Source: Eledone cirrhosa (lineage: Eukaryota). From it: 64,000 bases of DNA. Below, in pieces: positions 13,111-27,810 of this stretch. The stretch is taken from the NCBI GenBank assembly GCA_964016885.1, contig OZ024747.1, positions 66,712,001 to 66,776,000 on the forward strand, read 5' to 3'. Made by a program: the position numbers and the translations under genes. How positions within the stretch are numbered: the stretch's first letter is position 1; the number at the start of each line of letters is the position of its first letter. The notes under the pieces were generated by a model, which ran no database searches, was not told the origin of the DNA, and was given only the letters and a program-made list of their open reading frames with translations.

Positions 13111-13664
13111 AAAGGGCAAGAGAAACTAAAATTTAAAAAAAATGTGGAAATGAGGACAATTATAAAGCTGTTAAACATTTCTATTGAATCGTTTCGTAGC
13201 CTCCCCGCAGTGGAAGGTCTTGTTTATGGTTGGTAGTTCTTGGTGAATATATTACTTTTTTAACGACCAGTTTTTAAATGTTCCTTCTTTGCTTGGTTAT
13301 GTTTTACATTTGAACTAATAGTGCTATAAGATTTCTGTAATATCTAGTGCAATCTCAAAAGATGCAAAGATTAAAACTTAATGCAATTTTGACGGAAACA
13401 CCAATGACTGAGGTTTCATGTTTTACTTCACGAGCAAATTTCATTCTTAGGATGTATATATTTTTTGGAATTTCTCCTGTGTATTACAAGTTTTTCAGAC
13501 TTTGTTAAGCACTACCCAAATAACTTTCACATAATATGTAACAAACTCGACCATAATAAACTATTAACCTCTAGTATGTTATTAACTACTCGTTCTTCCA
13601 TTCACCAATACTAAACGTTTCCTCTCTCTCTCTCTCTTTCTCTCTCCCCTCCCCCCTCTCTCTC

Positions 13665-13695
<31 letters not shown>

Positions 13696-13697
<2 letters not shown>

Positions 13698-13783
13698 GAA
13701 CAAGTATTTCCCACTCTACTTACCTAAGTATTGAGTACTCTGGTGCGTTATGGTCCATCTGGTTCCTTACCACAATTCCTTTG

Positions 13784-13786
<3 letters not shown>
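13696..13786 (+). mobile_element. Palindromic half-hammerhead family, copy with the hairpin deleted
   Basis: aggaacaagta is joined directly to the family tail (cccactctac...tggtgcgttatggtcc...gtta); flanked by (TA)n. Confidence 0.8.
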
Positions 13787-13814
<28 letters not shown>

Positions 13815-13818
<4 letters not shown>

Positions 13819-16392
13819 AAAGTTTTATTTAAAATGTTGGGTTACAACGAGTAAATATTTTATAACTGATATAAAAGCACTCAACAGATTTTGGAGTATT
13901 TTACGATATTAAACAAATGGAAATTACATTTATAAAACCATATCTATTTCACTATATATATTTCAGGGATATCATATTAAAATATGGTATGCCCTCTTCA
14001 GATAAAATACAATATATAGACAGTTTTATAAATAGATTTGACATACCTTAGAGTTTACAACTTCCATTTAAAAAGTTGTTACGGTAGTGAAAATGTTAAG
14101 GACGGTTAGAAAAAAAACGGAGAAAAAAGGAAAAAAGGAAAAAGAAAAAGAAGGAGAAAAGAAAAAGAAAGAGCGGAAGGTGAAGAAGATGAAGAAATGT
14201 ATGTAAAGAGAAAACCACCAAAAGAGAGATCTATGAGGGAAGGGGTACTGTAATTATTCATTTGTTTATTTATTTAGTGTTAAGGATACGGGGAGAAATA
14301 AAAACAAAAATAAATAAGGAGAGGTAGATCGAGTAATATCTATTATACGAGGTGGGAGAGATAGGGGAGGGGTGATATACAGGAGATAGAGTTAAAACAG
14401 CCGATATAAGAGTAGAGGGAGTAGGAGAGGAGATATACTTAGAAACAAAAATGATAGTTTTAAAATATTATGTCTCATCAGTCTATCAATTCATATGAAC
14501 TATAATGTAAACATCAATATTCATGAATGAGACACATATCCATAATGTGTGAAAAAAATAGTGACTATATGTTTAGTTTAAAAATTCACAGGTTTATAAT
14601 CAAAATCTGAGATAAAACCTGAGTTCTTTTGGTTGTGTTGGTTCCACCTCGACGGAGTTTGAACTTCGCTGTAATGATCACAGGAATTCTTTCGCGGATC
14701 CGGGCAGGGGGTCTTCAACATCACTGTCGGGCTTACTCTGGCGGCTTGGACATGATAACGTTGGATGTTCGACGGTTTGGAGTGTAGTCTCAGGAGGGAT
14801 TCCTTTTGACTCCTCCTCTGGGGCGTGTGACCTCTGCGCGGAGGAGATATTCTTTGTACTAAAATCTAGGGGTACCCTTGATTTGCGGACCAGTTTGTTC
14901 AGTTGCTGCGGACATAGATTGAGCTCAACTTTTAAATATAAATATAGGTTTGGAGTGTAATATATTTACTCAAGACTTTGATTATTTTAGAAAACTTGGC
15001 GATAAATCCTTCGATTCCTTCAATTCTTTAAACCTTCTTCATGAATATATAATTGATGGTGTAATTGGGCTGCCTTAAAGCGATGATGATCCAGATCTAT
15101 TGAATAAAATGTTTAAGCTAGATGGACTTCTAGAATAAATATGTGAGCATCTGTGGGGCAGCCGAGTGTCCTAAAGTTTTTTTTTGAATGATTTCTGCTG
15201 GATAGGTTTGGTGAGTAATTTTGGTTTTGTTTGCTTTTGACTCTGATTGCTTCTAGTGAACTTGGCAATGTTGTCAGGTGGATTGGAGGGATTGATTGAT
15301 TTGCTGGGCACACTGTGTCTTTATTGCGGCCCTAGATGTTCTGGGGAGGAAAGTGTTCTTGGCGTTTTTGGTATTTTAATGTGTTGATATCTGTTCTATT
15401 CTATGCTTGTACGATGGTCATGTGGGAAGGGGCAAGAGTGTTGTTATTATTGATAATGTATGTTTTGTGTGTATGTATATGTGTGTACACTTATGTGTAT
15501 GGAAACATTTTTTTTGACGCAATGAAGATTTCCATGTGAAATGGGAATTTGCAGGGCTGGTCATGTAAACTCGCATGTGTCTGTGGTGTCAGTTTGAGAT
15601 GGCCTTCTCTTTTTCTTTCTCTTTTCTCTTTTTTCGTGGAGGTACATATATACTTATGTATTCCAGTATTTTTTTGAGGTTTTATCTCAGATTTTGATTA
15701 TAAACCTGTGAATTTTTAAACTAAACATATAGTCACTATTTTTTTCACACATTATGGATATGTGTCTCATTCATGAATATTGATGTTTACATTATAGTTC
15801 ATATGAATTGATAGACTGATGAGACATAATATTTTAAAACTATCATTTTTGTTTCTAAGTATATCTCCTCTCCTACTCCCTCTACTCTTATATCGACTGT
15901 TTTAACTCTATCTCCTGTATATCACCCCTCCCCTATCTCTCCCACCTCGTATAATAGATATTACTCGATCTACCTCTCCTTATTTATTTTTGTTTTTATT
16001 TCTCCCCGTATCCTTAACACTAAATAAATAAACAAATGAATAATTACAGTACCCCTTCCCTCATAGATCTCTCTTTTGGTGGTTTTCTCTTTACATACAT
16101 TTCTTCATCTTCTTCACCTTCCGCTCTTTCTTTTTCTTTTCTCCTTCTTTTTCTTTTTCCTTTCTTCCTTTTTTCTCCGTTTTTTTTCTAACCGTCCTTA
16201 ACATTTTCACTACCGTAACAACTTTTTAAATGGAAGTTGTAAACTCTAAGGTATGTCAAATCTATTTATAAAACTGTCTATATATTGTATTTTATCTGAA
16301 GAGGGCATACCATATTTTAATATGATATCCCTGAAATATATATAGTGAAATAGATATGGTTTTATAAATGTAATTTCCATTTGTTTAATATC

Positions 16393-16395
<3 letters not shown>
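13815..16395 (-). mobile_element. Unclassified element with 719-bp inverted repeats (13902-14620 / 15677-16395), probably a Penelope-like inverted pLTR structure
   Basis: The arms are near-identical reverse complements. The minus-strand end has AATAAA then (TA)n. A degenerate hammerhead is present in the arms, and a related terminal fragment lies at about 40160-40396. Confidence 0.65.
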
Positions 16396-18069
<1,674 letters not shown>

Positions 18070-18081
18070 GTATATATATAT

Positions 18082-18135
<54 letters not shown>

Positions 18136-18173
18136 TTGCGATGTTTTTGATATGAAATCGTGTGTCGAAACAA

Positions 18174-18717
18174 ATATTGTTATACTTAGGGAGGGTCATA
18201 TTTGTGTAATATTGCCAGAATTAATAATAGAACACACACACTGTTTGGTTGGTTTTCGCTTCTGTGTCTTTTATATCGGTTAATTTAATTTATTCAGTCC
18301 TCAATGTTGCCATTGACTGACCAACGGTCAAACATACAGATACAATATAGACACAAACACATATATATAGTTTATCAAAGTTCTTTCGTTGCACATCTGC
18401 AACTTCGTCAGTGGTGCTATTGTTTCCTCCATCAGAAAAGATGGCGTAGACATACAATGCAACGGGAGGAAACAATAGCACCACTGACGAAGTTGCAGAT
18501 GTGCAACGAAAGAACTTTGATAGACTATATATATGTGTTTGTGTCTATATTGTATCTGTATTTTTGACCGTTGGTCAGTCAATGGCAACATTGAGGACCG
18601 AATAAATTAGATTAACCGATATAAAAGACACAGAAGCGAAAACCAACCAAACAGTGAGTGTGTTCTATTATTAATTCTGGCAATATTACACAAATATGAC
18701 CCTCCCCAAGTATAACA

Positions 18718-18721
<4 letters not shown>
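18174..18721. mobile_element. Fold-back element (~257-bp arms, 34-bp spacer) with a hammerhead motif in each arm; Penelope pLTR-derived
   Basis: Arms 18174-18430 and 18465-18721 are reverse complements with few mismatches. Confidence 0.85.
18482..18519 (+). ncRNA. Minimal type I hammerhead ribozyme motif (mirror copy at 18376-18413 on the minus strand)
   Basis: ca-CTGACGA-A-GTTGCA-gatg-TGCAAC-GAAA-GAAC-TT-tg: intact core and 6-bp stem II, with short stems I and III. Confidence 0.7.
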
Positions 18722-18748
<27 letters not shown>

Positions 18749-18862
18749 CATATATACACCTATATACATATGTATATATATATACATATATATATATATA
18801 ATCAAGGTTTAGCAAATAAGAAAAAGTTTCAAAATAAATTTTTAAAAATTAACTTTACTTAC

Positions 18863-18898
<36 letters not shown>

Positions 18899-18904
18899 CG
18901 TGTG

Positions 18905-19065
18905 TGTGTGCAGATTACGACTACTGAATTTCATTAACAAAAGCATAAGTCAAGCTGCGGCTATACTAAAAGACATTTACCAAAGGCGTCACCCTGCAGT
19001 GGGAAGTAAGTCGAAACCACGTTATTGGGAAGTGAACTTCTTAACCGACCAGCAATACCTACGCT
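18905..19065 (-). mobile_element. Degenerate tRNA-derived SINE
   Basis: Minus strand has a tRNA-like head (tggtcggttaagaagttcacttccc...gtggtttcgac). A similar relic lies at about 40560-40690. Confidence 0.45.
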
Positions 19066-20472
19066 TATCTTGAGAATGAAAATCTAATCATATTTGATCT
19101 GTGATTTCCACTGCATGAATATCGAATGCTCTGAAGTACGACATACATTTTGGTAATTATCTTGTCTTGTTCGGTTATGTAAGGGATAGTTTTAGATGCA
19201 ATAGTCATATATAACCTCTTAGACTTTATATCAAAACAGTACTGATTGTATCATCTGAGTGTCTCTTTCCTCCCCCTCTCCCTGTTTCTCTCTTTCCCTC
19301 AATATATATTGTGGTAATGTCCACATTAGTTAATAAGTGAATGTATATTGCGATATTCCTAGTTGGATACCTCAAAGCAGAAAGATGCTATGCTATATTA
19401 AAGGAAATATCGTAAACACATTGTGCTGTGTTACCAGGACGTTTATTTCAAGGATTATGAATACATATGTTTGTTATACTCATGATTACGTCAATAATTA
19501 AATTATTTCTATTTACCGGAAATAGCTCGGCTACAATAATTCATCTTGCCATATCATTTAATTTAATAATGCTAAGCAAGAACACAGATATGATTCCTGC
19601 GTAATGAGAGGCGATTCCATCTTAATGTCGCTTGGCTGTTATTAACTAAATTATATATGAAGGCTTGGCTGTATGGATAAGTTTGATTCGTAAACACGAG
19701 CTGTTTTGGGTTCCATACCACTAGTTGACACATTGAAGAAGATTTTTTTTCCACATCAAATGCATTAAGGACGTGGGGGTGTAATAGACGAAAATTGTAT
19801 GGAAGCCCGTCAAAGGAACCGTCCCCATACATAGGCAATGGTTATAATTCCAGCATCTGTTACCCATATTCCTCTTAGTTATTCGTCAGAAATCGACTTT
19901 TCATCAGAAGACATGTAAGTAATTCCAAACACGGAGATATAAACAGCAGAAACTTACTTATAACAAATACAAGCTAGAATGACCAGTTTAAGTTGCATAA
20001 TATGCATATGCTTGGTATCGTGGTTAATTCATATTTATGTATATATCAGAGATCTAAGGTAAATTTATGGTAGATATTCATACAGTTTTCATGTATATAC
20101 TTTACTGTTAAAATAAGAGTGAAATTCTCTTCGTACATAGTGTCTACTTTCAGCCAATCTTTCCACCAAACCAGGGAATCGCATCAGATATGTTTAATAT
20201 ATATCGGTGCCCCAGTACGGTCTCAGCCAGTCGACTGGAAGAGGTAAGAGAGTAAAGGAGTAATGTGTGTGTGTGTGTGTAAACAAGAAAAGCAACTCAA
20301 TACGTCTGCATAATACATTTTACTCTAGCTGTTAAAATATATTTGTGATTCGAAGATCCGAATTTTCGTATACATTTTCAGACTAGTTTTTAAAAAAGTG
20401 CGAAACTCCTGGCACTAGTATAGCATTTCAGCTGAAATAATATAAATCATACAACACCACTCTGTGCATGTA

Positions 20473-20550
<78 letters not shown>

Positions 20551-20607
20551 TACACACACACACACACATATATGTATATATATATATAATATATATATAT
20601 GTATTGT

Positions 20608-20815
20608 GTGATGCTGTTTAATGTCATACCCAGGACAGACAAGACATATATATATGTCTGTCCTGGGTATGACATTAAACAGCATCCAGGGGCAAGGCTC
20701 CAGTTCGGAGTTCAAGAGCTGTTGGGATTGTGGACTTAAACCTTGTTATCACTCCCAGGTCTGCTCTGGCCCGGAGTAGTAGTACCTGTTAGGGCCTCAT
20801 TTATGGGTTAAATAA
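20608..20815 (+). mobile_element. SINE-like repeat fragment with a short 5' fold-back
   Basis: gatgctgtttaatgtcatacccaggacagac is mirrored by gtctgtcctgggtatgacattaaacagcatc and followed by a GC-richer repeat body. Confidence 0.55.
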
Positions 20816-21495
20816 TTACCTTACTCGAGTGGCGCCGGTAAGGTATCATCAGCTATTGAAAATAACCATGGAGATTTATCTCATGAATTTTAGACGCCCT
20901 AGATAGATAGATAAATATGTGTGTGTGGGAACAGGGTGTGTACTTAAGGAAAGTAGAGTGTTGACATTATTATACGATGGATAAACCGGTTTAATCTTGA
21001 ATGTAGAGCATCCATTTTGGAAAATTCGCCCCCCTCATGCAAATGTTTTGTGGTTCGACCGAATAAAATGGCAAATCAGTTAAACGAAGAAAGACTGACG
21101 ATAGGAAAGGAATGGAAGGTTAAATTAATGTAATAAGTGAAGAAATAATAACATGGGGAAGTGAGGCTGGAGAAAAATTTAACGAGTAAATGACGATGTG
21201 GTTGTCGACGTGGGAGGATAATTTAATGTGGGAGGTGATGAGAGAGATATTTTAATGGGTGATGTAAGTGGATAATATAATGAAGGAGCCAAAATTAGAA
21301 AGATAATTAAATAGGGGTAGGGGAGCGGCGTTTTATCAGAAAATTCAGTTTGAAACAAAATTTAATAATTGATTTGGAAAAACCTTTTGACGCATGTATA
21401 TGTTAGGGTGTGCATAATAAATTGAAACGTGTATACTAGTAGATGTATAATACACATATTAGTGTGTGTATGTATAGTGTGTGTATAATAGTGAG

Positions 21496-21530
<35 letters not shown>

Positions 21531-21547
21531 CACACACTAATATATAT

Positions 21548-21578
<31 letters not shown>

Positions 21579-21667
21579 CATACATACAAACATATATATA
21601 AATATATATATATACATATTTATATATATACATATATATATATATAAATATATACATATATATATAC

Positions 21668-21698
<31 letters not shown>

Positions 21699-21784
21699 CA
21701 TATATATATATATGCATATACATATATATACATACATACATATATAATACATATATATATATATATATATATACATATACACAT

Positions 21785-22032
21785 ATCACCTTGACCACCT
21801 TGACTGACCAGTTTGTCGGGCGCCAATCGGCGCCGCTGGTCACAGAACATCGTGCTGTTTTAGCCATAAGATAACGCCATCTTACTGGCTGGGCGGCCAG
21901 GCTGGTACAGTAAACTGGAGCAACGTGAAATAAAGTGTCTTGCTCAAGGAAACAACACATCACCCGGTCCGAGAATTGAACTCACAACCTTTCGATTGCA
22001 AGACCAATGCTCTAACCACTAAGCCATGCGCC

Positions 22033-22035
<3 letters not shown>
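21785..22035 (-). mobile_element. tRNA-derived CORE-like SINE
   Basis: A box (tggcttagtggttagagc), B box (gagttcaattc) and CORE-like ccttgagcaagacactt. Confidence 0.8.
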
Positions 22036-22102
<67 letters not shown>

Positions 22103-22424
22103 GTTCATGAATAATAGTGAGAGATGTATATATTAGTGTGTATAATTGTGATAAATGTATATATTAGTACCAGGTGTATATATATTAGAAGACGTATATT
22201 AGTGAGATATGAATAAACTATGATTGAGAAGGCTATTTTGTGTTATATGTATCGAATCTTTTTTGTACGGGTAGGTTTTGTAAGTACGTATTTCTTTGAT
22301 GACTGAGAAATGAAAGGGAAATATCTTCTGTGGTATCAGAACTCAATAATAATTAGGTAGTGAACATATGATAACATATAGCTACAAACACACACACGCA
22401 TACGCACACGCACACACACACATA

Positions 22425-22495
<71 letters not shown>

Positions 22496-22550
22496 GTATA
22501 CATATTTATATATATATATATGTTTATACATATATATATATATATTTATA

Positions 22551-22603
<53 letters not shown>

Positions 22604-23430
22604 ATGTATAAATATATATATATATATATGTATAAACATATATATATATTTGTATGTATAAATATATATATATATATGTATAAACATATATATATATACA
22701 TATACATATACATATACATATGTATATATATATTTATACATACAAATATATATATATATAAATGGAATATAATGAAACGAAATTTCATTTCTCACTCTTA
22801 GTACGGCATTTACTTAAATGTAAGTATGTATGTATACGTACATATATGTATACAGACGTACAGTAGCATGTATATATATACATACAGGCACACATATATA
22901 TATGCACGTATCAGTTTACTGAACATTCATTATAATGCTCGGTTTGTTCGTTTGTAAACAAACAAACAGCCTGAATTACGCCGTACAGTGTTTAGGCAAG
23001 CACGTCACCTTTTTGTTCAACACGACACCGTAACGATGTACTAGTTTCAAGCTTATTAGCTATCGTCAGCACCGTATACCTTTCTGCCAGATGGTTGAAC
23101 GTCCGAAAGTAGAATTAAATTTATTTTAATTCTATCGACCATGACTGACCCCCCACTGATTTTATAGACATCTGTTAGCTTAAGAGAAACTTATTGACAA
23201 GGAATGGTATGCCATCCGGAACCTGTTTATAGAATTCTGTCTGCCTTTGTTACTCTAAAAACATAAATAAATATAAATAAAAATAAAAATAAAAATAAAC
23301 TATAGCTTTGTAGAATTAGCTTTTAATGAATTCCCTTTTCTATCAACCAATGACCTGCACCCATCCCACTCCCCACCCTCTCCTACCACTTGTAGAGACC
23401 TATAAATACCATATTTATTTTTTGATACCC

Positions 23431-23481
23431 AGATTCCTGATGATTTCTAATGAATGAAACAGTTCTAGTCCTGTAGAATCT
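23431..23481 (+). ncRNA. Type I hammerhead ribozyme motif
   Basis: agattc-CTGATGA-tttctaatgaat-GAAA-cag-ttctagtc-ctg-TA-gaatct: 6-bp stem I, stem III and a GUA site; stem II is weak (U-U at its base). Confidence 0.7.
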
Positions 23482-23516
23482 CATCTATATTAAAACTATA
23501 TATATATATATATATA

Positions 23517-23645
23517 TTACTGCCGTTGCCATTCTGAGTTCAAATCCCGCCGAGGTTAACTTTGCCTTTCATCCTTACGGGGTCGATAAAATAAAGTACC
23601 AGTAATGTGCTGGGTAATTGCCGGCTTTGTGCCAATAGTAGAAAC

Positions 23646-23652
<7 letters not shown>
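23517..23652 (+). mobile_element. Truncated tRNA-derived SINE (main family)
   Basis: gagttcaaatcccgccgaggttaactttgcctttcatccttacggggtcgataaa core; identical to 26154-26289. Confidence 0.85.
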
Positions 23653-23680
<28 letters not shown>

Positions 23681-23684
<4 letters not shown>

Positions 23685-24173
23685 TAAACGGAATAGAAAA
23701 TGCTGACAAATTGTTCACAGTTGAAAAGTGGTTTAATTAGGAATAAAAGAGTATTAGTGATTGTATGGGTTAGTATTCAGTTGTGGTTTTAAGTTTTTAA
23801 GTTTTTACCGGTTGCGCATTTCTAAATGCTTTTCAAAAATAATTTTGAGATAGAGTGTCCGTGCTGTTTGCTCTGATCTGATTAGTTTTGGGAATTCTAC
23901 CTGTTTTTATGTTAAAAAAGTGGCTCCAGCGTTATTTTTGTGTTGCAAAAATGCTTGTGGTCAAAACAATTTTGATTGGTCGGTAGAGGTCATGTGAATG
24001 TAAAAAGTTGATTTTGCGCCAAGACTGTTTTTAAGTTAAAATGTTAAAAAAGTGGCTCCAGCAAAAATTATTGGTCAAAACAATTTTGATTGGTCGGTAG
24101 AGGTCATGTGGATAAAAAATTGGTTTTGCGCCAAGATTGAGAAATGACTCTTTCACAACAAATATGTGTGTGT

Positions 24174-24253
<80 letters not shown>

Positions 24254-24330
24254 TTGTGTGTAGTAGTAGTAGTAAGGTGTTCGATGCTGCGACAATGGCC
24301 AGCAGCGATGTGTGTCAAATGGCTATTAAG

Positions 24331-24375
<45 letters not shown>

Positions 24376-26115
24376 GCAGAGTCATTCGAAGGTCAAAAGA
24401 TATTTTTCAGCTTTTGTCTTATACAGAGAAGTGCGTGTGTGTGTGTGTGTGTGTGTATATAAGTCTCTTTGTATGTTGATGTATGCGTGTGTATGTGTTT
24501 GTGTATATATGTGTGTGTGTCTGTGTGTGTGTGTGTGTGTGTGGGTGGACCAGTATTTTTTTCCCCCTGGTAAAATGGTGTACATTATTCGATTTTTTCA
24601 GTAAAATCGGTTCTCATAATAGAACATCAAAAATCTTAACTATAAAAGGTGTGAAATGATATTCACTATATATATATATACACACATACATACATTCACT
24701 ACATATATATATATATATACATATATACATACATATATATGCACATATATTTTTTTGTATTGCACCATAGAGCATGTGTGTTTACGTGTGTCATTGTGTT
24801 TATATGTGGGTAGAGATGTGTGCTGATGTAGGTATGTATGTTGACGTGTGTATGTTGTGGGTTCGTCTTAGGGAGAAGTGTTTAGACGGGGTCCGTATTT
24901 GTTAATGAAGTAAGATTCCTTGCTGATGCGCTGGGTGTGGGTGGCATTATCTTTTAATTTGTAGAGGGGAAAGATTCTGAAGTTGGGATGATTTTGGGCG
25001 GCACAGGTATCAATGTGTTCACTCAGTGGTATTTTCCTGTATTCCCGTATTTTAATTTGGGATCTATGGACAGTCATGCGTTGGCGGAGGCTGTTTTTGG
25101 TCTGGCCTATGTATTGTTCTCGACAACCTGAACAAGTTAATACATATATTAGATTTTCCGATGCACATGTGAAATTGTGTTTTACTATAAAACGTTGTCC
25201 ATCTTTGAAATAGAATTCCGAACCCTCTATTAGGTTGATGCAAATGCCACAGTTGGGTCTATCGCATTTTTTACTGTGGGTTTCGTTGTTGTGGTTGGCA
25301 GTACTTTGGCATGTGTTAAGATGTTTTTCATTGACTTGGATTGTCTTTTGCTCTTTATGATATCGTGTGTTCGTAGAATTTGGTTCATTCTATGGTCCTT
25401 TTTCAATACAGGGATGTTCTGGAGGATGGTGTCAAAGGCCTCATTGTTGAGGGGGTTGTGTGCGGAGATGTATGGAAAAGCTTTTAGTTTTGGTTGATTT
25501 ACTTTAGGGTGTCTAAGGTCCTGCGTACTGAGTTTTAGGGCACGTTGGATTCCATTGTCAATTAGTGATGCAGGGTAGTCCCTGCCTATGAGTGTGTCCT
25601 TTAGTTCTTGTAGCCGTAAGTAGCAGATGTTTTTATTGGAGACTATAGTACAGATTCTCTTGGCTAAGTTGTAGGGAATATTAATTTTAACGTGTCTAGG
25701 GTGGCAAGAGTTGAAGGGGAGGTATTGCTTGGAGTCTGTGGGCTTGTAGTATATGTCTGTTTCTATTTTTTTGTTATGGATCTTAATGAGGATGTTTTGA
25801 CCACAAGCATTTTTGCAACACAAAAATAACGCTGGAGCCACTTTTTTAACATAAAAACAGGTAGAATTCCCAAAACTAATCAGATCAGAGCAAACAGCAC
25901 GGACACTCTATCTCAAAATTATTTTTGAAAAGCATTTAGAAATGCGCAACCGGTAAAAACTTAAAAACTTAAAACCACAACTGAATACTAACCCATACAA
26001 TCACTAATACTCTTTTATTCCTAATTAAAGCACTTTTCAACTGTGAACAATTTGTCAGCATTTTCTATTCCGTTTACCAATATATAATAACTTGTGTGTT
26101 ACACCTCTATTCTTT

Positions 26116-26118
<3 letters not shown>
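23681..26118 (-). mobile_element. Penelope-like element (Neptune-type zinc finger + GIY-YIG), 5'-truncated, with ~290-bp inverted terminal repeat
   Basis: Coding relic at 24868-25795; 23681-~23968 is the reverse complement of ~25794-26080. Confidence 0.8.
24868..25795 (-). pseudogene. Penelope RT C-terminus/thumb plus GIY-YIG endonuclease, frameshifted
   Basis: IYYKPTDSKQYLPFNSCHP, CDRPNCGIC, NLIYVLTCSGCREQYIGQT, RMTVHR, KESYFINKYGPRLN. Confidence 0.9.
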
Positions 26119-26153
<35 letters not shown>

Positions 26154-26156
<3 letters not shown>

Positions 26157-26282
26157 CTGCCGTTGCCATTCTGAGTTCAAATCCCGCCGAGGTTAACTTT
26201 GCCTTTCATCCTTACGGGGTCGATAAAATAAAGTACCAGTAATGTGCTGGGTAATTGCCGGCTTTGTGCCAATAGTAGAAAC

Positions 26283-26289
<7 letters not shown>
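26154..26289 (+). mobile_element. Truncated SINE, identical duplicate of 23517-23652
   Basis: Same sequence, including the 5' junction ttactgccgttgccatt. Confidence 0.85.
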
Positions 26290-26680
<391 letters not shown>

Positions 26681-26857
26681 CATATTTATACATATATGTA
26701 TAAATATGTATATATATATGTATATGTGTGTGTATTTGTGTGTTTGTGTGTGTCTACATACACCATATACATACATACATACATACATACATACATACAC
26801 AGATACAGACACACACACACACTACGCACACACACGCACACGCAGATATATATGTAT

Positions 26858-26895
<38 letters not shown>

Positions 26896-27071
26896 GCACT
26901 GAGGCCAAGCAATAAATCTTTTGGACAATCTCGCTACTGCAGTGGTTCCAACTAATTATTTCCCCTTTGCTTTACTGAGTTAGTGGACTCTGTGTTTAGT
27001 ACATGAACCCGATATCATCGATTGTCTATGTCAACCATTATATTGCTACTAACCCTTTATTAATATAACAG

Positions 27072-27176
27072 ATGAAAGGCATGATGACGATGAAAGCCGA
27101 GCTGTAAATAAGATTGAGACGTCGACCATAGAAACATTGGATACCGAACTTGATGCCGCTAGCAAATTATCAAACG
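27072..27176 (+). CDS. Candidate isolated coding exon (105 nt, phase 1-1), product unknown
   Basis: AG acceptor; open frame DERHDDDESRAVNKIETSTIETLDTELDAASKLSN; weak GT donor (gttttc). No recognised homology. Confidence 0.2.
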
Positions 27177-27481
27177 GTTTTCTTTTTTTCTTTCTTGTAG
27201 TGGTAGCGAAATAAACGATCATGTTTGGGTCTGTAGAGAGTGGGGTGTTAGTGACTGTGGTAGTGTGGTGTTTTTGTAGTATTGGTAGTTAGTCAAAGTA
27301 AAATGGTGTACAATTCTATTGGTGACTATTTGTTTGTGGTAGTGTTAGGTAGAATAGTGTGGTGTTGGTGAATCTACTATTGATTGGTAGTGTGTTAGTG
27401 GACAGCGTGGTGTTGGTAACCGTGGTATTGTGATAGTGTACAGTGGATGAGTGTTGGCAGTCTACTGTGTTGTGTTTGTGA

Positions 27482-27810
27482 AGTCTTAGTGATTAGAGCA
27501 TTGGATTTGCAAACGTGAGGTTGTGAGTTCAGATATTCAGACCGGGTGATGCCTTGTGTCCTTGAGCAGGACACTTTATTTTATGTTGTTCCAGTTTACT
27601 CAGCTGTAGAAATGAGTTGCGACGTCACTGGTCAACCTTATCAACCTTTGCCTTTCCCTTGAACAACATCAGTGGCGTGGAAAGGAGAAACGAATATGCA
27701 TTTGTGACTGCTGGTCTTCCACAAATAACCTTGCCTGGACTTGTACCTCAGAGGAGAACTTTGTAGGTGAAAATTCCATGGTCATCTGTGACGATGAGTG
27801 TCTTTATTGG
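27482..27810 (+). mobile_element. tRNA-derived CORE-like SINE
   Basis: Head and core are homologous to 21785-22035, with a different 3' tail. Confidence 0.75.

Noticed and set aside
19572-19914. ORF with YGDGSF resembling a MULE transposase motif, and a plus-strand GTAAGT donor at 19915
   Set aside because: Single short motif with no supporting domain or termini; the exon reading cannot be fixed.
20415-22801. Many ORFs rich in YI/HT/CV/RE repeats here and throughout the window
   Set aside because: They are translations of (TA)n, (CA)n and (GA)n microsatellites.
24375-24425. Possible SECIS element as in selenoprotein-coding Naiad Penelope elements
   Set aside because: This element has a C-terminal GIY-YIG, no in-frame UGA at the Cys positions read, and no convincing SECIS fold.
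25796-25841. Start of ORF 25230..25841 as a real N-terminus
   Set aside because: These codons come from the inverted terminal repeat fused to the truncated Penelope ORF.
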